Shown: positions 28,682-37,955 of the stretch, one piece after another | Layout: each line of letters begins with the position of its first letter | Position numbering within the stretch: position 1 is the first letter of the stretch | Source: Labilithrix sp. | GTDB lineage: Bacteria > Myxococcota_A > Polyangia > Polyangiales > Polyangiaceae | DNA: 64,000 bases | Direction: 5' to 3' | NCBI GenBank assembly: GCA_028287065.1 | Contig: JAQBQJ010000219.1 | Coordinates: forward strand, 14,293 to 78,292 | Notes under the pieces: model-generated | Databases searched by the model: none | What the model was told of the DNA's origin: nothing | Seen by the model: the letters and a program-made list of their open reading frames with translations, nothing else | Position numbers and translations under genes: made by a program

Positions 28682-29829
28682 GGGATCGACTTACAGCACC
28701 GGAAGCCCAGGTGGTAGTTCACGTGCCACGCTTCTTCGAGCTTCTCGACGTGCCACCGAGGGTCGAAGTTGCAGTGGTCCGGGTACGCGCCCGCTTTGTT
28801 CGTCGTGGTCTCCGGGACCGGCTCGCCCGGCTCGCGAACGAGCTCGTTGTAGAACCACGCGCTGCCCTTCAGCTGCGTCACGACCTGATCGCCTTCGCGG
28901 CGCATCATGACCTCGGCGACGTTGCCGTGCTGATCGAACACGCCGAAGCGTGAGCGGCATTTCGGGAACGAGCCCGACGGCTCCGTGTCCGTCGTGCACG
29001 TCTTGAACGCGGTCTGCGCGTCGTGGGCATTGCACGCCGTGCGATGGCGGAGGTTCGTATGGCAGATCTCGATGTCGACCTTGTCGCCGTACGCGTACTT
29101 CTGATCGTCGCCGCCGTTCGGGTCGCCACGGCACGCGATGTTCCACTCCGTCTGCGCGCAGAGCCGCTTGCCCTGCAGCTCGCAGACCTTCTTCGCATGC
29201 GTGGGCGCCGTCCACACGAACGGCAGCTCGCACGGCTTGTTCGGGAACTCGAACACGTCGATGCAGAACCAGGCTTCCTTGCCCTTGATCCACACGGGCA
29301 CCATGTTCTCGGCGCCGCATTTCTCGCGCTGCTCGGGCGTCTGGATGACGATGTCCTTGAGACCTGCGAGGCACTGCTCCTTCGAGATGGTGTGCTTCGC
29401 GATCGCCTTGTTGCCCTGGTTGAAGCGGCCGGGGCCGTCGGGGCCGATGATGTTCCGCAAGTAGGCGTCGGGCTGGATCCGTTTCTTCTCCTCTTCGGTG
29501 AAGTCCTTGATCGAGAAGAGCGCCAGCAGCTCGTCGCGCGTGTCGTGGTGGTTCGCCATCGGATCGCCCCACGCGACGGACGCATCGCCGCGCAGCCCGG
29601 CGTCGGCGGCGGCGAGGATCGCGGCTGCAGCCGCATCCAGAATCGACGCGCCATCGGGCATTCGACGCGCCGCCGCCTCCCCCTCCGCGCTCGGCGCGCC
29701 GTCCCCGTCGAGCGGCGGCTTCTCGCTCGCGCCCATCGGCGAACCAGGCCGGCATGCCGGCGCGATCGCGCCCGCACAGACCATGGCGCACGCCGCCAGC
29801 GAAGCGCTCCGTCGGCGCGATGACGTCAT
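28678..29829 (-). CDS. Formylglycine-generating-enzyme (SUMF1/EgtB/PvdO)-domain Cys-rich secreted protein
   Basis: FCIDVFEFPN, GKRLC..EWNIAC, FGVFDQHGNVAE, LGFRCC. Confidence 0.85.
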   Translation of the reverse strand: MTSSRRRSASLAACAMVCAGAIAPACRPGSPMGASEKPPLDGDGAPSAEGEAAARRMPDGASILDAAAAAILAAADAGLRGDASVAWGDPMANHHDTRDELLALFSIKDFTEEEKKRIQPDAYLRNIIGPDGPGRFNQGNKAIAKHTISKEQCLAGLKDIVIQTPEQREKCGAENMVPVWIKGKEAWFCIDVFEFPNKPCELPFVWTAPTHAKKVCELQGKRLCAQTEWNIACRGDPNGGDDQKYAYGDKVDIEICHTNLRHRTACNAHDAQTAFKTCTTDTEPSGSFPKCRSRFGVFDQHGNVAEVMMRREGDQVVTQLKGSAWFYNELVREPGEPVPETTTNKAGAYPDHCNFDPRWHVEKLEEAWHVNYHLGFRCCKSIP

Positions 29830-29950
29830 CCCCGAATCGTAGCCCCCCGAAGCGATCCGGGTCTCGTTCCCTGCGGAACGGCCAGGCTCGGCCGTTCGGT
29901 TCGCACGCCCATTGCATGCCCGTTCCGACCGACTTAGCTTCGACGCTGCG

Positions 29951-30922
29951 ATGGCAACGGACTTCTACTCGGTGCTGGGCGTGCCGAAAGGCGCCGATGC
30001 TGCCTCGATCAAGAAGGCGTACCGCAAGCTCGCGCGCGACCTCCACCCGGACAAGAACCCGGGAAACAAGGCCATGGAGTCTCGCTTCAAAGACGTGAAC
30101 CGCGCCTACGAGGTCCTCGGCGACGACGCGAAGCGCAAGCTCTACGACGAGTTCGGCGAGGACGCGCTGCGCGAGGGCTTCGACGCCGACAAGGCGCGAG
30201 CGTACAAGCAGTGGCAGTCGCGCGCCGGCAACGGCGCGACGGGCGGGGTCCGCGGGGCCGGCGGCTTCGGCGGCGGCGTGAACCTCGAGGACCTGTTCAG
30301 CGGCGCAGTCCCCGGCGGGAGCGCCGGCGGCGGCGACGATCCGTTCGCGGATCTCTTCGGCCGCGCCTCGCGCCGCCGTGGCCCGGTGAAGGGCCGCGAC
30401 TACGAGCAGGAGCTCACGATCGACTTCAACTCGGCCGTGAGGGGCACTTCGCTCCAGCTCCGCAATCCGAGCTCGCCCGAACCGGTCACCGTGCGCATCC
30501 CGCCCGGCGCCGACGAGGGAAGCCGGGTCCGCATCAAGGAGCAGGGCGCCGCATCGCCGAGCGGCGGTCCGAACGGCGACCTCATCCTCGTCATCCACGT
30601 CGAGCCGCATCCGTTGTTCACGCGCGACGGCGACGACCTCACGCTCGAGGTGCCCATCACGGTGAGCGAGGCGATCAAGGGCGCGCGCGTGCACGTCCCC
30701 ACGTTCGACGGCGACGTCACGGTGAAGGTGCCGCCCGGCACCCAGAGCGGCACGAAGCTCCGTGTGCGTGGCAAGGGCGTGCATCGCAAGGGCCGCGACC
30801 CCGGCGATCTCTACGTCCGCTTCATGGTGCACGTGCCCACGGACGGACCCGAGCTCATGAAGCTCGCCGACGAGCTCGCGAAATACGAGCCCAAAGACGT
30901 CCGGGCGGGCCTCCACATCTGA
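29951..30922 (+). CDS. DnaJ-class chaperone without Zn finger (CbpA-like)
   Basis: J-domain with HPD, G/F region, DnaJ C-terminal domains; no CxxCxGxG. Confidence 0.93.
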   Translation: MATDFYSVLGVPKGADAASIKKAYRKLARDLHPDKNPGNKAMESRFKDVNRAYEVLGDDAKRKLYDEFGEDALREGFDADKARAYKQWQSRAGNGATGGVRGAGGFGGGVNLEDLFSGAVPGGSAGGGDDPFADLFGRASRRRGPVKGRDYEQELTIDFNSAVRGTSLQLRNPSSPEPVTVRIPPGADEGSRVRIKEQGAASPSGGPNGDLILVIHVEPHPLFTRDGDDLTLEVPITVSEAIKGARVHVPTFDGDVTVKVPPGTQSGTKLRVRGKGVHRKGRDPGDLYVRFMVHVPTDGPELMKLADELAKYEPKDVRAGLHI

Positions 30923-30963
30923 GCCGGCGTTCGCGTTCGGGCATCGTGTACGATCGCCTGGGG

Positions 30964-32091
30964 ATGCGTCCGCCGTTCGCGTTCGTGCTCGTGTCCGCGC
31001 TCGCGATTGCCGTCACTGCATGTGGTGGGGCACCGCCGCAGTCCGCTTCGGCGGCACGCGGCGGGGCGCCGGTCGTCGAGAAGCCGGTCGAGGATCCGCC
31101 GCCGGCAGGCCCGCCCGTGCAGGTGGACTGCGGCGACTTCACGACGTGCGCGATCGTCGAAGGCGGCAGCGTGCGCTGCTGGGGGCACGACAAGGCCGGT
31201 GAGCTCGGCGACGGCGGCGGCGCCGATCGCACGAAGAGCGTCATCGTCCGCGGCGTCGAGAACGCGACGAGCATTGCGCTCGCCTCGAAGTTCGCGTGCG
31301 CGCTCGGCGCCGACAAGAAGGTCAAATGCTGGGGCACCGGCCGCATCGCGAACGACGGCACGCCGAAGGACCACGCGAAGGCGAGCGACGTCGCCGGCGT
31401 CGAGGGTGTCGAGGAGCTCGTCGCGAGCGGAGCCATCGCGTGCGCCCGCACCGCAAAGGGCATCACCTGCTGGGGCGCGGATGCCGCGACCATCGGGACG
31501 CCGCCGACCGGCGTGTTCACGCAGGTCGCCGCGGGATTCACGCACGGCTGCGCGCTCGACAAGAAGGGCACCGTGACGTGCTGGGGCACCGGCGACTGGG
31601 CGCCCCCGAAGGGCGGCTTCGCGAAGCCGGCGAGCATCACCGGGGCGTCGTATCTTGCAACAGGCGATCGTCATGCCTGCGTCGTGACGAAGGACAAGAA
31701 GGTCCAGTGCTGGGGGATGAACGACGCCGGACAGCTCGGCACCAAGCCCGACACGGAGCTGCACAAGACCCCGGTGGCGGTGCCCGGTGTGACCGGCGCG
31801 GTGAAGCTCGTCGCCGGGGAGTCGGCCACGTGCGCTCTTCTCGCAGACGGAAGCGCGCGCTGCTGGGGCTCGAACGCCGAGGGCGAGCTCGGTCTGGGAA
31901 AGAAATCCAGCGACGAAAGACCGAGCAAGGTGGCCTCGGTGCCGGACATCGCGGGCATGTGCCTCGCCACCGCTCACGGATGTGCTCTCACGAAGAGCAA
32001 GAGCATCCTCTGCTGGGGAGCCAACGCCGCCGGACAGCTGGGCGACGGGACCAAGGAGAAAAAGCTGGAGCCGGCGCGCGTCGTCTGGTGA
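30964..32091 (+). CDS. RCC1/BLIP-II repeat lipoprotein
   Basis: VTAC lipobox; repeated CWG.N..GQLG units. Confidence 0.9.
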   Translation: MRPPFAFVLVSALAIAVTACGGAPPQSASAARGGAPVVEKPVEDPPPAGPPVQVDCGDFTTCAIVEGGSVRCWGHDKAGELGDGGGADRTKSVIVRGVENATSIALASKFACALGADKKVKCWGTGRIANDGTPKDHAKASDVAGVEGVEELVASGAIACARTAKGITCWGADAATIGTPPTGVFTQVAAGFTHGCALDKKGTVTCWGTGDWAPPKGGFAKPASITGASYLATGDRHACVVTKDKKVQCWGMNDAGQLGTKPDTELHKTPVAVPGVTGAVKLVAGESATCALLADGSARCWGSNAEGELGLGKKSSDERPSKVASVPDIAGMCLATAHGCALTKSKSILCWGANAAGQLGDGTKEKKLEPARVVW

Positions 32092-32111
32092 ACGTGTAAC
32101 ATCCGAGCCTC

Positions 32112-34886
32112 ATGGCCGGCGCGCCGCAGCACGAAGATCCCGTTCGAGCTGCGGAGGCGCGCGTCGGGACGAGGCTGAACGCCAAGTGGTCGCTCGAGCG
32201 GCTCCTCGGCGTCGGCGGCATGGGCGCGGTCTTCGCGGCGAAGCACCGGAACGGAACGCGCGCGGCCGTGAAGCTCCTGCACGCCGAGTTCGCGCGCGAG
32301 ACCGAGGTCCGCGAGCGATTCCTCCGCGAGGGCAAGATCGCGAACAGCGTCGACCATCCCGCGCGCGTCCCCGTCACCGACGACGACGTGAGCGACGCCG
32401 GCGAGCCGTTCCTCGTGATGGACCTGCTCGAAGGGGGGACGCTCAACGAGCTCCGGCATCGCAGCGGCGGCATCGTGCCCCTCGAAGAGACGCTCCGCAT
32501 CTTCGAGACCGTCCTCGACCTCCTCGCGAAGTGTCACGCCGTCGGCATCGTCCACCGCGACATCAAGCCGGGAAACATCTTCATCACGCACGACGGCAGC
32601 GTGAAGGTCCTCGACTTCGGCGTCGCGCGCATGCGCGAGCCGGGCTCCGGCGTCGAAGCCACGCGGATGGGCACGGCGATCGGCACACCGTCGTACATCG
32701 CTCCGGAGCAGGCGCTCGGCCTCGTCTCGCAGGTCGACGGCCGCTCCGACATCTTCTCCGTCGGTGCATGCATGCATGTTGCACTCACCGGCAAGCGCCT
32801 GAACCACGCGCGCACGGAGGCGGAGTCGTTCGTCATGGCGGCCACGCAGGCTGCTCCGTCGATCGCGAACCTCGCTGCGGATCTCCCCGTCGAGGTCGTC
32901 GCATGCGTCGATCGCGCGCTCGCCTTCGAACGCGACAAGCGCTTCCAGGATGCCGCGTCGATGCGCAGCGAGGTGCTCGGTCTCCTGGCCGCGCTCCGCG
33001 CCGGACAGCTCGTGCGCGCCGCGCCCAAGAAGAAGGGCGGGCTCGAGACGCGTGGCAACGAGGCGCTCGAGAGCCTCGAGGAGCTCTCGCCCGAGGAGAC
33101 GAAGGACGTCCAGGTCCGGCTCGCCGCGGTGTGGAAGCAGATCGGCACCTGCCTCGCGGATGTTCGGCAGTACGGATGGACGCATCCGCATGCGCTCCGC
33201 GCGCTCGACGGCGGTCTCCAGCAGATCTCCGACGCGCTCGCCGTTCATCCGAGCTGCGTGCGGTGGGATGTCGGACCGGGCGCATTCCTCTTCCAGGGCG
33301 CCGCGGTGTGGGCGCCCGATCGGATCCCGTTCGACCGGATCCCGTACCAGCTCTTCGCCGACGGCGTGCGCCACATCCAGATCAAGGAAGGCTTCACGAA
33401 GGACGAGTTCCGCGATCTCGTCGCCATCCTCCTTCGCGACGTCGTCGGTGGAGCCGGCAAGGAGGACGACGCGGTCACGGCGTTCTGGGATCGGCGGTTC
33501 GAGCACGTCGCGTACGTCGCGATCGAGGCGTTCGCCGAGGGCGACGGCGACGCCGATCCGGTCATGAAGGGGAGCGTCGATCTCGCGCGTGAGCTCGCCG
33601 CCGCGGCGCATCTCGATCGCGACTGGCAGGATGCGTCCCTCGAAGGTCGCGCGATGCGCATGAACCTCTCGACGCAGCTCCGCGAGAGCGGCGAGGCGGC
33701 AGCCGCGCTCGCGCTGGATCCTTTGCAGCGCGCGACGATGGGCGCGCAGCTCAATCTGACCGACGACCGCTGGCTCGAGCGCTTCGTCGACGCCTTCGCC
33801 GACGGGTACGTCGAGGCTCGATTGAACCGCGACAACGCGATCCTCGAGGACGCGCTTCGCGAGTGGACGGCCGACGAGCTGTCGCTCCACGATCACCGCG
33901 AGGTCTTCGAGGTGTTCCACGCGCTATGCGCCGCGCTCGCGCTGCGCGTGCCGAACGAGGCAAGGAAGGCCGAGGTCGCGCTCGCGCGCGTGATGTTGCC
34001 GGGCCCCACGCTCTCGCTGATCCTGCAGGCCGTCGACAAGGAGGGGCGCGATCCGCAGCTCGCGAAGGAGCTCGACTCGAACATCGTCACGGGCATCGAG
34101 AAGGCGCTTCATGCGCTCGCCGATGCATCGATGCTCGAGCTCGCGTCCGGTTGCTGGGGCAGCTCGCGATCGGAGCCGCTGCGCCGCGTGCTGCTCGCTT
34201 ACATGACGCAGTGGAGCCGCGGGAACGAGGTGCGCCTCGGCGCGGTGCTCGAGAGCGCGCCCGCGGAGCTCGGCGTCGCGCTCGTGGATCTCCTCGCGGG
34301 TCTCGGTACCGCCGAGGGCGTCGCGGCGCTCGAGTCGGCGCGCAAGAACCCGCATCTCGCCGTGCGCATCGAGGCGCTCACGAAGGTGTCGAGCGACCGC
34401 GAAGACGAGGTGCGCAACGAGGTCCGCAAGATGCTCGACGATCCGTCGGCGGAAGCGCGGCAAGCGGCGCTCGCGCTCGTGGCGGAGCGCGGGGTCATCG
34501 CCGCCGGACCGGCGATCGTGCTCAAGATCCAGGCGCCCGACTTCCACGCGCTCGAAGTGGACGAGCGGCGTCTCTGGCTCGGGTGTCTCCTCGCGCTCAG
34601 CCCGCGTCGCGCGATGAGCGTCTGCGTGGAGATCTTGAAGGAGCATCAGATCATCCCGACGGAGGCCGTCGAGACGACGCGCGTGCTCGCGGCGGAGATC
34701 CTCTCGAACATGGCCTCGAAGGAGGCGCTCGAAGCGGCGATGGAGGCGTCGAAGAAGCGCTGGTGGAACACCACGCCCGTTCGCGAGGCGGCCGAACGAG
34801 CGGTCGAGCAGATCCAGCAGCGCATCAAAGCGGGAGTGGGCGAGCCGACGACGACGGCGAAGCGCAAGAAGGTGGAGCTGCCGTGA
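32112..34886 (+). CDS. Ser/Thr protein kinase fused to a helical domain and HEAT-like repeats
   Basis: GVGGMG, AVK, HRDIKPGN, DFG, GTPSYIAPEQ; C-terminal LDDPSAEARQAALALV-type repeats; no TM. Confidence 0.9.
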   Translation: MAGAPQHEDPVRAAEARVGTRLNAKWSLERLLGVGGMGAVFAAKHRNGTRAAVKLLHAEFARETEVRERFLREGKIANSVDHPARVPVTDDDVSDAGEPFLVMDLLEGGTLNELRHRSGGIVPLEETLRIFETVLDLLAKCHAVGIVHRDIKPGNIFITHDGSVKVLDFGVARMREPGSGVEATRMGTAIGTPSYIAPEQALGLVSQVDGRSDIFSVGACMHVALTGKRLNHARTEAESFVMAATQAAPSIANLAADLPVEVVACVDRALAFERDKRFQDAASMRSEVLGLLAALRAGQLVRAAPKKKGGLETRGNEALESLEELSPEETKDVQVRLAAVWKQIGTCLADVRQYGWTHPHALRALDGGLQQISDALAVHPSCVRWDVGPGAFLFQGAAVWAPDRIPFDRIPYQLFADGVRHIQIKEGFTKDEFRDLVAILLRDVVGGAGKEDDAVTAFWDRRFEHVAYVAIEAFAEGDGDADPVMKGSVDLARELAAAAHLDRDWQDASLEGRAMRMNLSTQLRESGEAAAALALDPLQRATMGAQLNLTDDRWLERFVDAFADGYVEARLNRDNAILEDALREWTADELSLHDHREVFEVFHALCAALALRVPNEARKAEVALARVMLPGPTLSLILQAVDKEGRDPQLAKELDSNIVTGIEKALHALADASMLELASGCWGSSRSEPLRRVLLAYMTQWSRGNEVRLGAVLESAPAELGVALVDLLAGLGTAEGVAALESARKNPHLAVRIEALTKVSSDREDEVRNEVRKMLDDPSAEARQAALALVAERGVIAAGPAIVLKIQAPDFHALEVDERRLWLGCLLALSPRRAMSVCVEILKEHQIIPTEAVETTRVLAAEILSNMASKEALEAAMEASKKRWWNTTPVREAAERAVEQIQQRIKAGVGEPTTTAKRKKVELP

Positions 34887-37108
34887 CGCAGCGAGGACCG
34901 AGCGGCGACGGGCCGGCGCGCGATCCGGCAGCGATGCAGGAGCTCGCTGCAGGCGTCGTGCACGGCGTGTACCGCACCGTGAAGGCGTGTCAGTTCCATG
35001 CCGACGTGTCGAACGACGCCGTGACGTCGCTGACCGCCTCCGCGGCCGCGGCCGTCGCGGAGTACTGCACGACCATGGGGACGGAGACCGTGGCGCTCTC
35101 GTTCTTGGGGGAAGCGATCTTCGTGAACCGCCAGATCCTGAAGGCGTCGCGCGATACGCACGCGCTCGCGGCGGAGCTGCGCGATCTGCTGGCCAGCTGC
35201 GAGGTGACGGAGCTCACGCTCTCGCGCACCGTCGACCGAGCGGCGATCTCGTCGTTCGCGAAGCTGCTCGCCGACGTGCAGCGCGATCGCTCCTTCGTCA
35301 CGAAGCTCACGAGCGGCGAGATCCCCGGCATCGCCGCGGGGAAGGCGCGATTCGCCTCGACCGGTACGGCGCGCGAGGAGTCGCCGGGACAACGCGCAGC
35401 ACGCACGTACGCGACCTCGGTGCTCACGGTGCAGGGCCTGCTCGCCGACGTGCGCCAGGGCAAGTTCGAGCTGCCGCGCCGGATCAAGCGCGTCGCGCAG
35501 CAGGTCGTGGCACGTGCGGACGAAGACGCGCGTTTGCTCGTCGCGCTCGCGGCGACCGGCGGAGTGTCGCTCGACGCGGCGACGATCGCCGTCGGGAGCG
35601 CGATCCTCTCGGTCGCGATCACACGTCAGCTCACGACCGATCGCGCCGTGCTCGCGAACGCGGCGATGGCTGCGCTGCTCTACGATGCCGGCCGCGTGCT
35701 CCTCGGCGGGAATCCGGACGGCACGCAGCGGATCCTGAACGACGACGAGCTCGACAAGGTCCCCACGCGCACGGTGCTCGCGCTCACGGCGCTCGGTCGC
35801 ATGCACGCGCCGGCTCGCGCACGGACCGCGCTCCTCTACGAGGTGTGGTCGATGCGCCGCGCGCATCGGCTCGGGCCGATCTACAAGGGCCGGCGACCTC
35901 CCACGCTGCTCGCGCGCATCATCGGGGTCGCACGGGCGTTCGCGGAGCTGCGCGGCGCGGGCGCCGGCGGAGGTCTGAGCATCGACGACGCGCTGCAGGT
36001 GCTCGGCTCACGCGCGGCGGACGGCACCGAGCGCGCGCTCGTGAAGCTCCTGATCGGCGCGCTCGGCATCTATCCCGCCGGCACGATGGTCACGCTGAAC
36101 ACCGGCGAGCTCGGCGTCGTGATGGGCACTCCCGCCATGCCGCTCGATTACGTGCGTCCGCCGGTGAAGATCCTCTACGACCGCGACGCGAACCTGCTCG
36201 AGACGCCGGTCGACGTCGACCTCGCTGCGCCTGCGCCCGGTCAGCCCGCGCGGTTCATCGCGAAGAGCGTCGACGCCGACGAGCAACAGGCGAAGGCGAT
36301 GCGCTCGTTCGTGGTCGCCGCGACGGCGGCGAAGCGTCGAGGCGCGCTCGAAGCTGCCGAGGAGCAAGCGCTCCAGCAGCGGCCGATCCCCGAGCCGACG
36401 TTGCAATCGGCCCACGGCGAGGCCGACGAGCTCGCCGCGCGGGTGACGCGTCCGCCCGTGGTGATCGACGCGCAGGTGCCGACGCATCGCCCGCCGGTCG
36501 TCACGCAGCCCGTCACGCAGCCGGTGCCCGCGCCGGAGCGGAGAGGACCGAACGAGGCGACGCCGCGATCCGCGCATCACGTCGCGCCCGTCCGGCCCGC
36601 CGCGGAGCCGCGCATCGAGGCGAAGCCCGAGCCTCCGCGCCGTCGTGATCCGCGGAACGACTCGGCGCCGCCTTCGTCGATGATGGACGAGATCCATAGG
36701 CCCGTGCGCGCCGCTCGGCCCGCGCGCGTCCCCGCCGTCGCGCCGGTTCCCGTCGTGCCGCAAGCAAAGGCCGACGACAACGAGACCGTGCGCCCGCCCC
36801 CATCGTCGGCGTCGGGCGCAGCGCGCGTCGACATCCCGCCCGACTCCCGGCCCGGGGGCCCCGACTCGACGCGGCAGGTGAGCTGGGAATCGCTGGGCGG
36901 CTTTCTCCCTCCCGAGAGCATGAGGACGCCGCCGCCGCCGCCGGCCCGCGAAGCCGCCGCCGACGACGAGCCCTCGTCGAAGCGCGACGATCTGCTTGCG
37001 GCGTTCCTTGCCGACGCTCCGATCGAGAACATCGAGAGCGATCCGCCTCCGGCTGCGAAGGCGCCCGCGAAGAAGGCCGAGAAGGTCACCGTCAAACGCG
37101 ACAAGTAG
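34883..37108 (+). CDS. Degenerate HD-GYP-like protein with Pro-rich disordered tail
   Basis: GTGA overlap; AALLYDAGR in place of AALLHDIGK, LLARIIGVARAF, LGIYPAGTMVTLNTGELGVV. Confidence 0.75.
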   Translation: MTQRGPSGDGPARDPAAMQELAAGVVHGVYRTVKACQFHADVSNDAVTSLTASAAAAVAEYCTTMGTETVALSFLGEAIFVNRQILKASRDTHALAAELRDLLASCEVTELTLSRTVDRAAISSFAKLLADVQRDRSFVTKLTSGEIPGIAAGKARFASTGTAREESPGQRAARTYATSVLTVQGLLADVRQGKFELPRRIKRVAQQVVARADEDARLLVALAATGGVSLDAATIAVGSAILSVAITRQLTTDRAVLANAAMAALLYDAGRVLLGGNPDGTQRILNDDELDKVPTRTVLALTALGRMHAPARARTALLYEVWSMRRAHRLGPIYKGRRPPTLLARIIGVARAFAELRGAGAGGGLSIDDALQVLGSRAADGTERALVKLLIGALGIYPAGTMVTLNTGELGVVMGTPAMPLDYVRPPVKILYDRDANLLETPVDVDLAAPAPGQPARFIAKSVDADEQQAKAMRSFVVAATAAKRRGALEAAEEQALQQRPIPEPTLQSAHGEADELAARVTRPPVVIDAQVPTHRPPVVTQPVTQPVPAPERRGPNEATPRSAHHVAPVRPAAEPRIEAKPEPPRRRDPRNDSAPPSSMMDEIHRPVRAARPARVPAVAPVPVVPQAKADDNETVRPPPSSASGAARVDIPPDSRPGGPDSTRQVSWESLGGFLPPESMRTPPPPPAREAAADDEPSSKRDDLLAAFLADAPIENIESDPPPAAKAPAKKAEKVTVKRDK

Positions 37109-37135
37109 CGCGCGGCTCTCGGGTACGATGCGCGG

Positions 37136-37927
37136 ATGCCCAGCGTCGAGAGCGCCGTCCACGAGCACATGACCGCGAACGTAGTCTCCGTGCTCGAGGA
37201 CACGAGCCTCGAGGACGTGCTGAAGACGCTGCGTCGCCTCGACGTGTCCTGCGTGCTCGTCACCACGACGGCGGGTGCTCCCGCAGGTGTCGTGTCGCTG
37301 ACGGATCTCGCGCGCGTCTCGCAGCTCGAGGGCGGACATCACCACGGGCCGATGAAGATCATGCCGCCCGATCGGCGCGCGAAGGACATCATGAAGACGC
37401 CGCTCGTCACGGTGAGCGCCGATGCCGACGTGAGCGAGGCCGCAGCGACGATGTTGAAGAGCCGCGTTCATCGCGTGTTCGTCCAGCGTGGCGATCGCAT
37501 CGTCGGCGTGTTCAGCACGCGCGACGCGCTGCGTGTCGTCCTGTTCCGTCGCGTCGACACGCCGCTGTCCGAGGTCATGACGACGACCGTCGAGACCATC
37601 GGCCTCGGTGAGCCGATCGACGACGCCGTCGCCAAGCTCGACGAGACGAACGTACGCGGGCTCGTCGTGCTCGACGGCAAGGTGCCGGTCGGCCTCTTCA
37701 CGCAGATGGAGGCGATCCGTGCACGCGCGCTGTCACCGGCGCTGCGCCGCCATCCCGTCGAGGAGATGATGAGCTACGAGACGTTGAACCTCGGCGCGGA
37801 CACGCCGCTGTACCGCGCGGCGGGCCATGCGATCGCGACGAAGGTGCGCCGGATCTGCGCGGTCGACGGGCGAGCGCTGGTCGGGATCGTCACCGGCTAC
37901 GACCTGGCGCACGTGCTGGCGTCGTAG
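37136..37927 (+). CDS. CBS-domain protein (two Bateman pairs)
   Basis: Four CBS repeats (GVVSLTDL, GVFSTRDA, GLFTQME, GIVTGYDL). Confidence 0.88.
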   Translation: MPSVESAVHEHMTANVVSVLEDTSLEDVLKTLRRLDVSCVLVTTTAGAPAGVVSLTDLARVSQLEGGHHHGPMKIMPPDRRAKDIMKTPLVTVSADADVSEAAATMLKSRVHRVFVQRGDRIVGVFSTRDALRVVLFRRVDTPLSEVMTTTVETIGLGEPIDDAVAKLDETNVRGLVVLDGKVPVGLFTQMEAIRARALSPALRRHPVEEMMSYETLNLGADTPLYRAAGHAIATKVRRICAVDGRALVGIVTGYDLAHVLAS

Positions 37928-37955
37928 GCGACGAGAGATTTACACGGAAGCTCGC

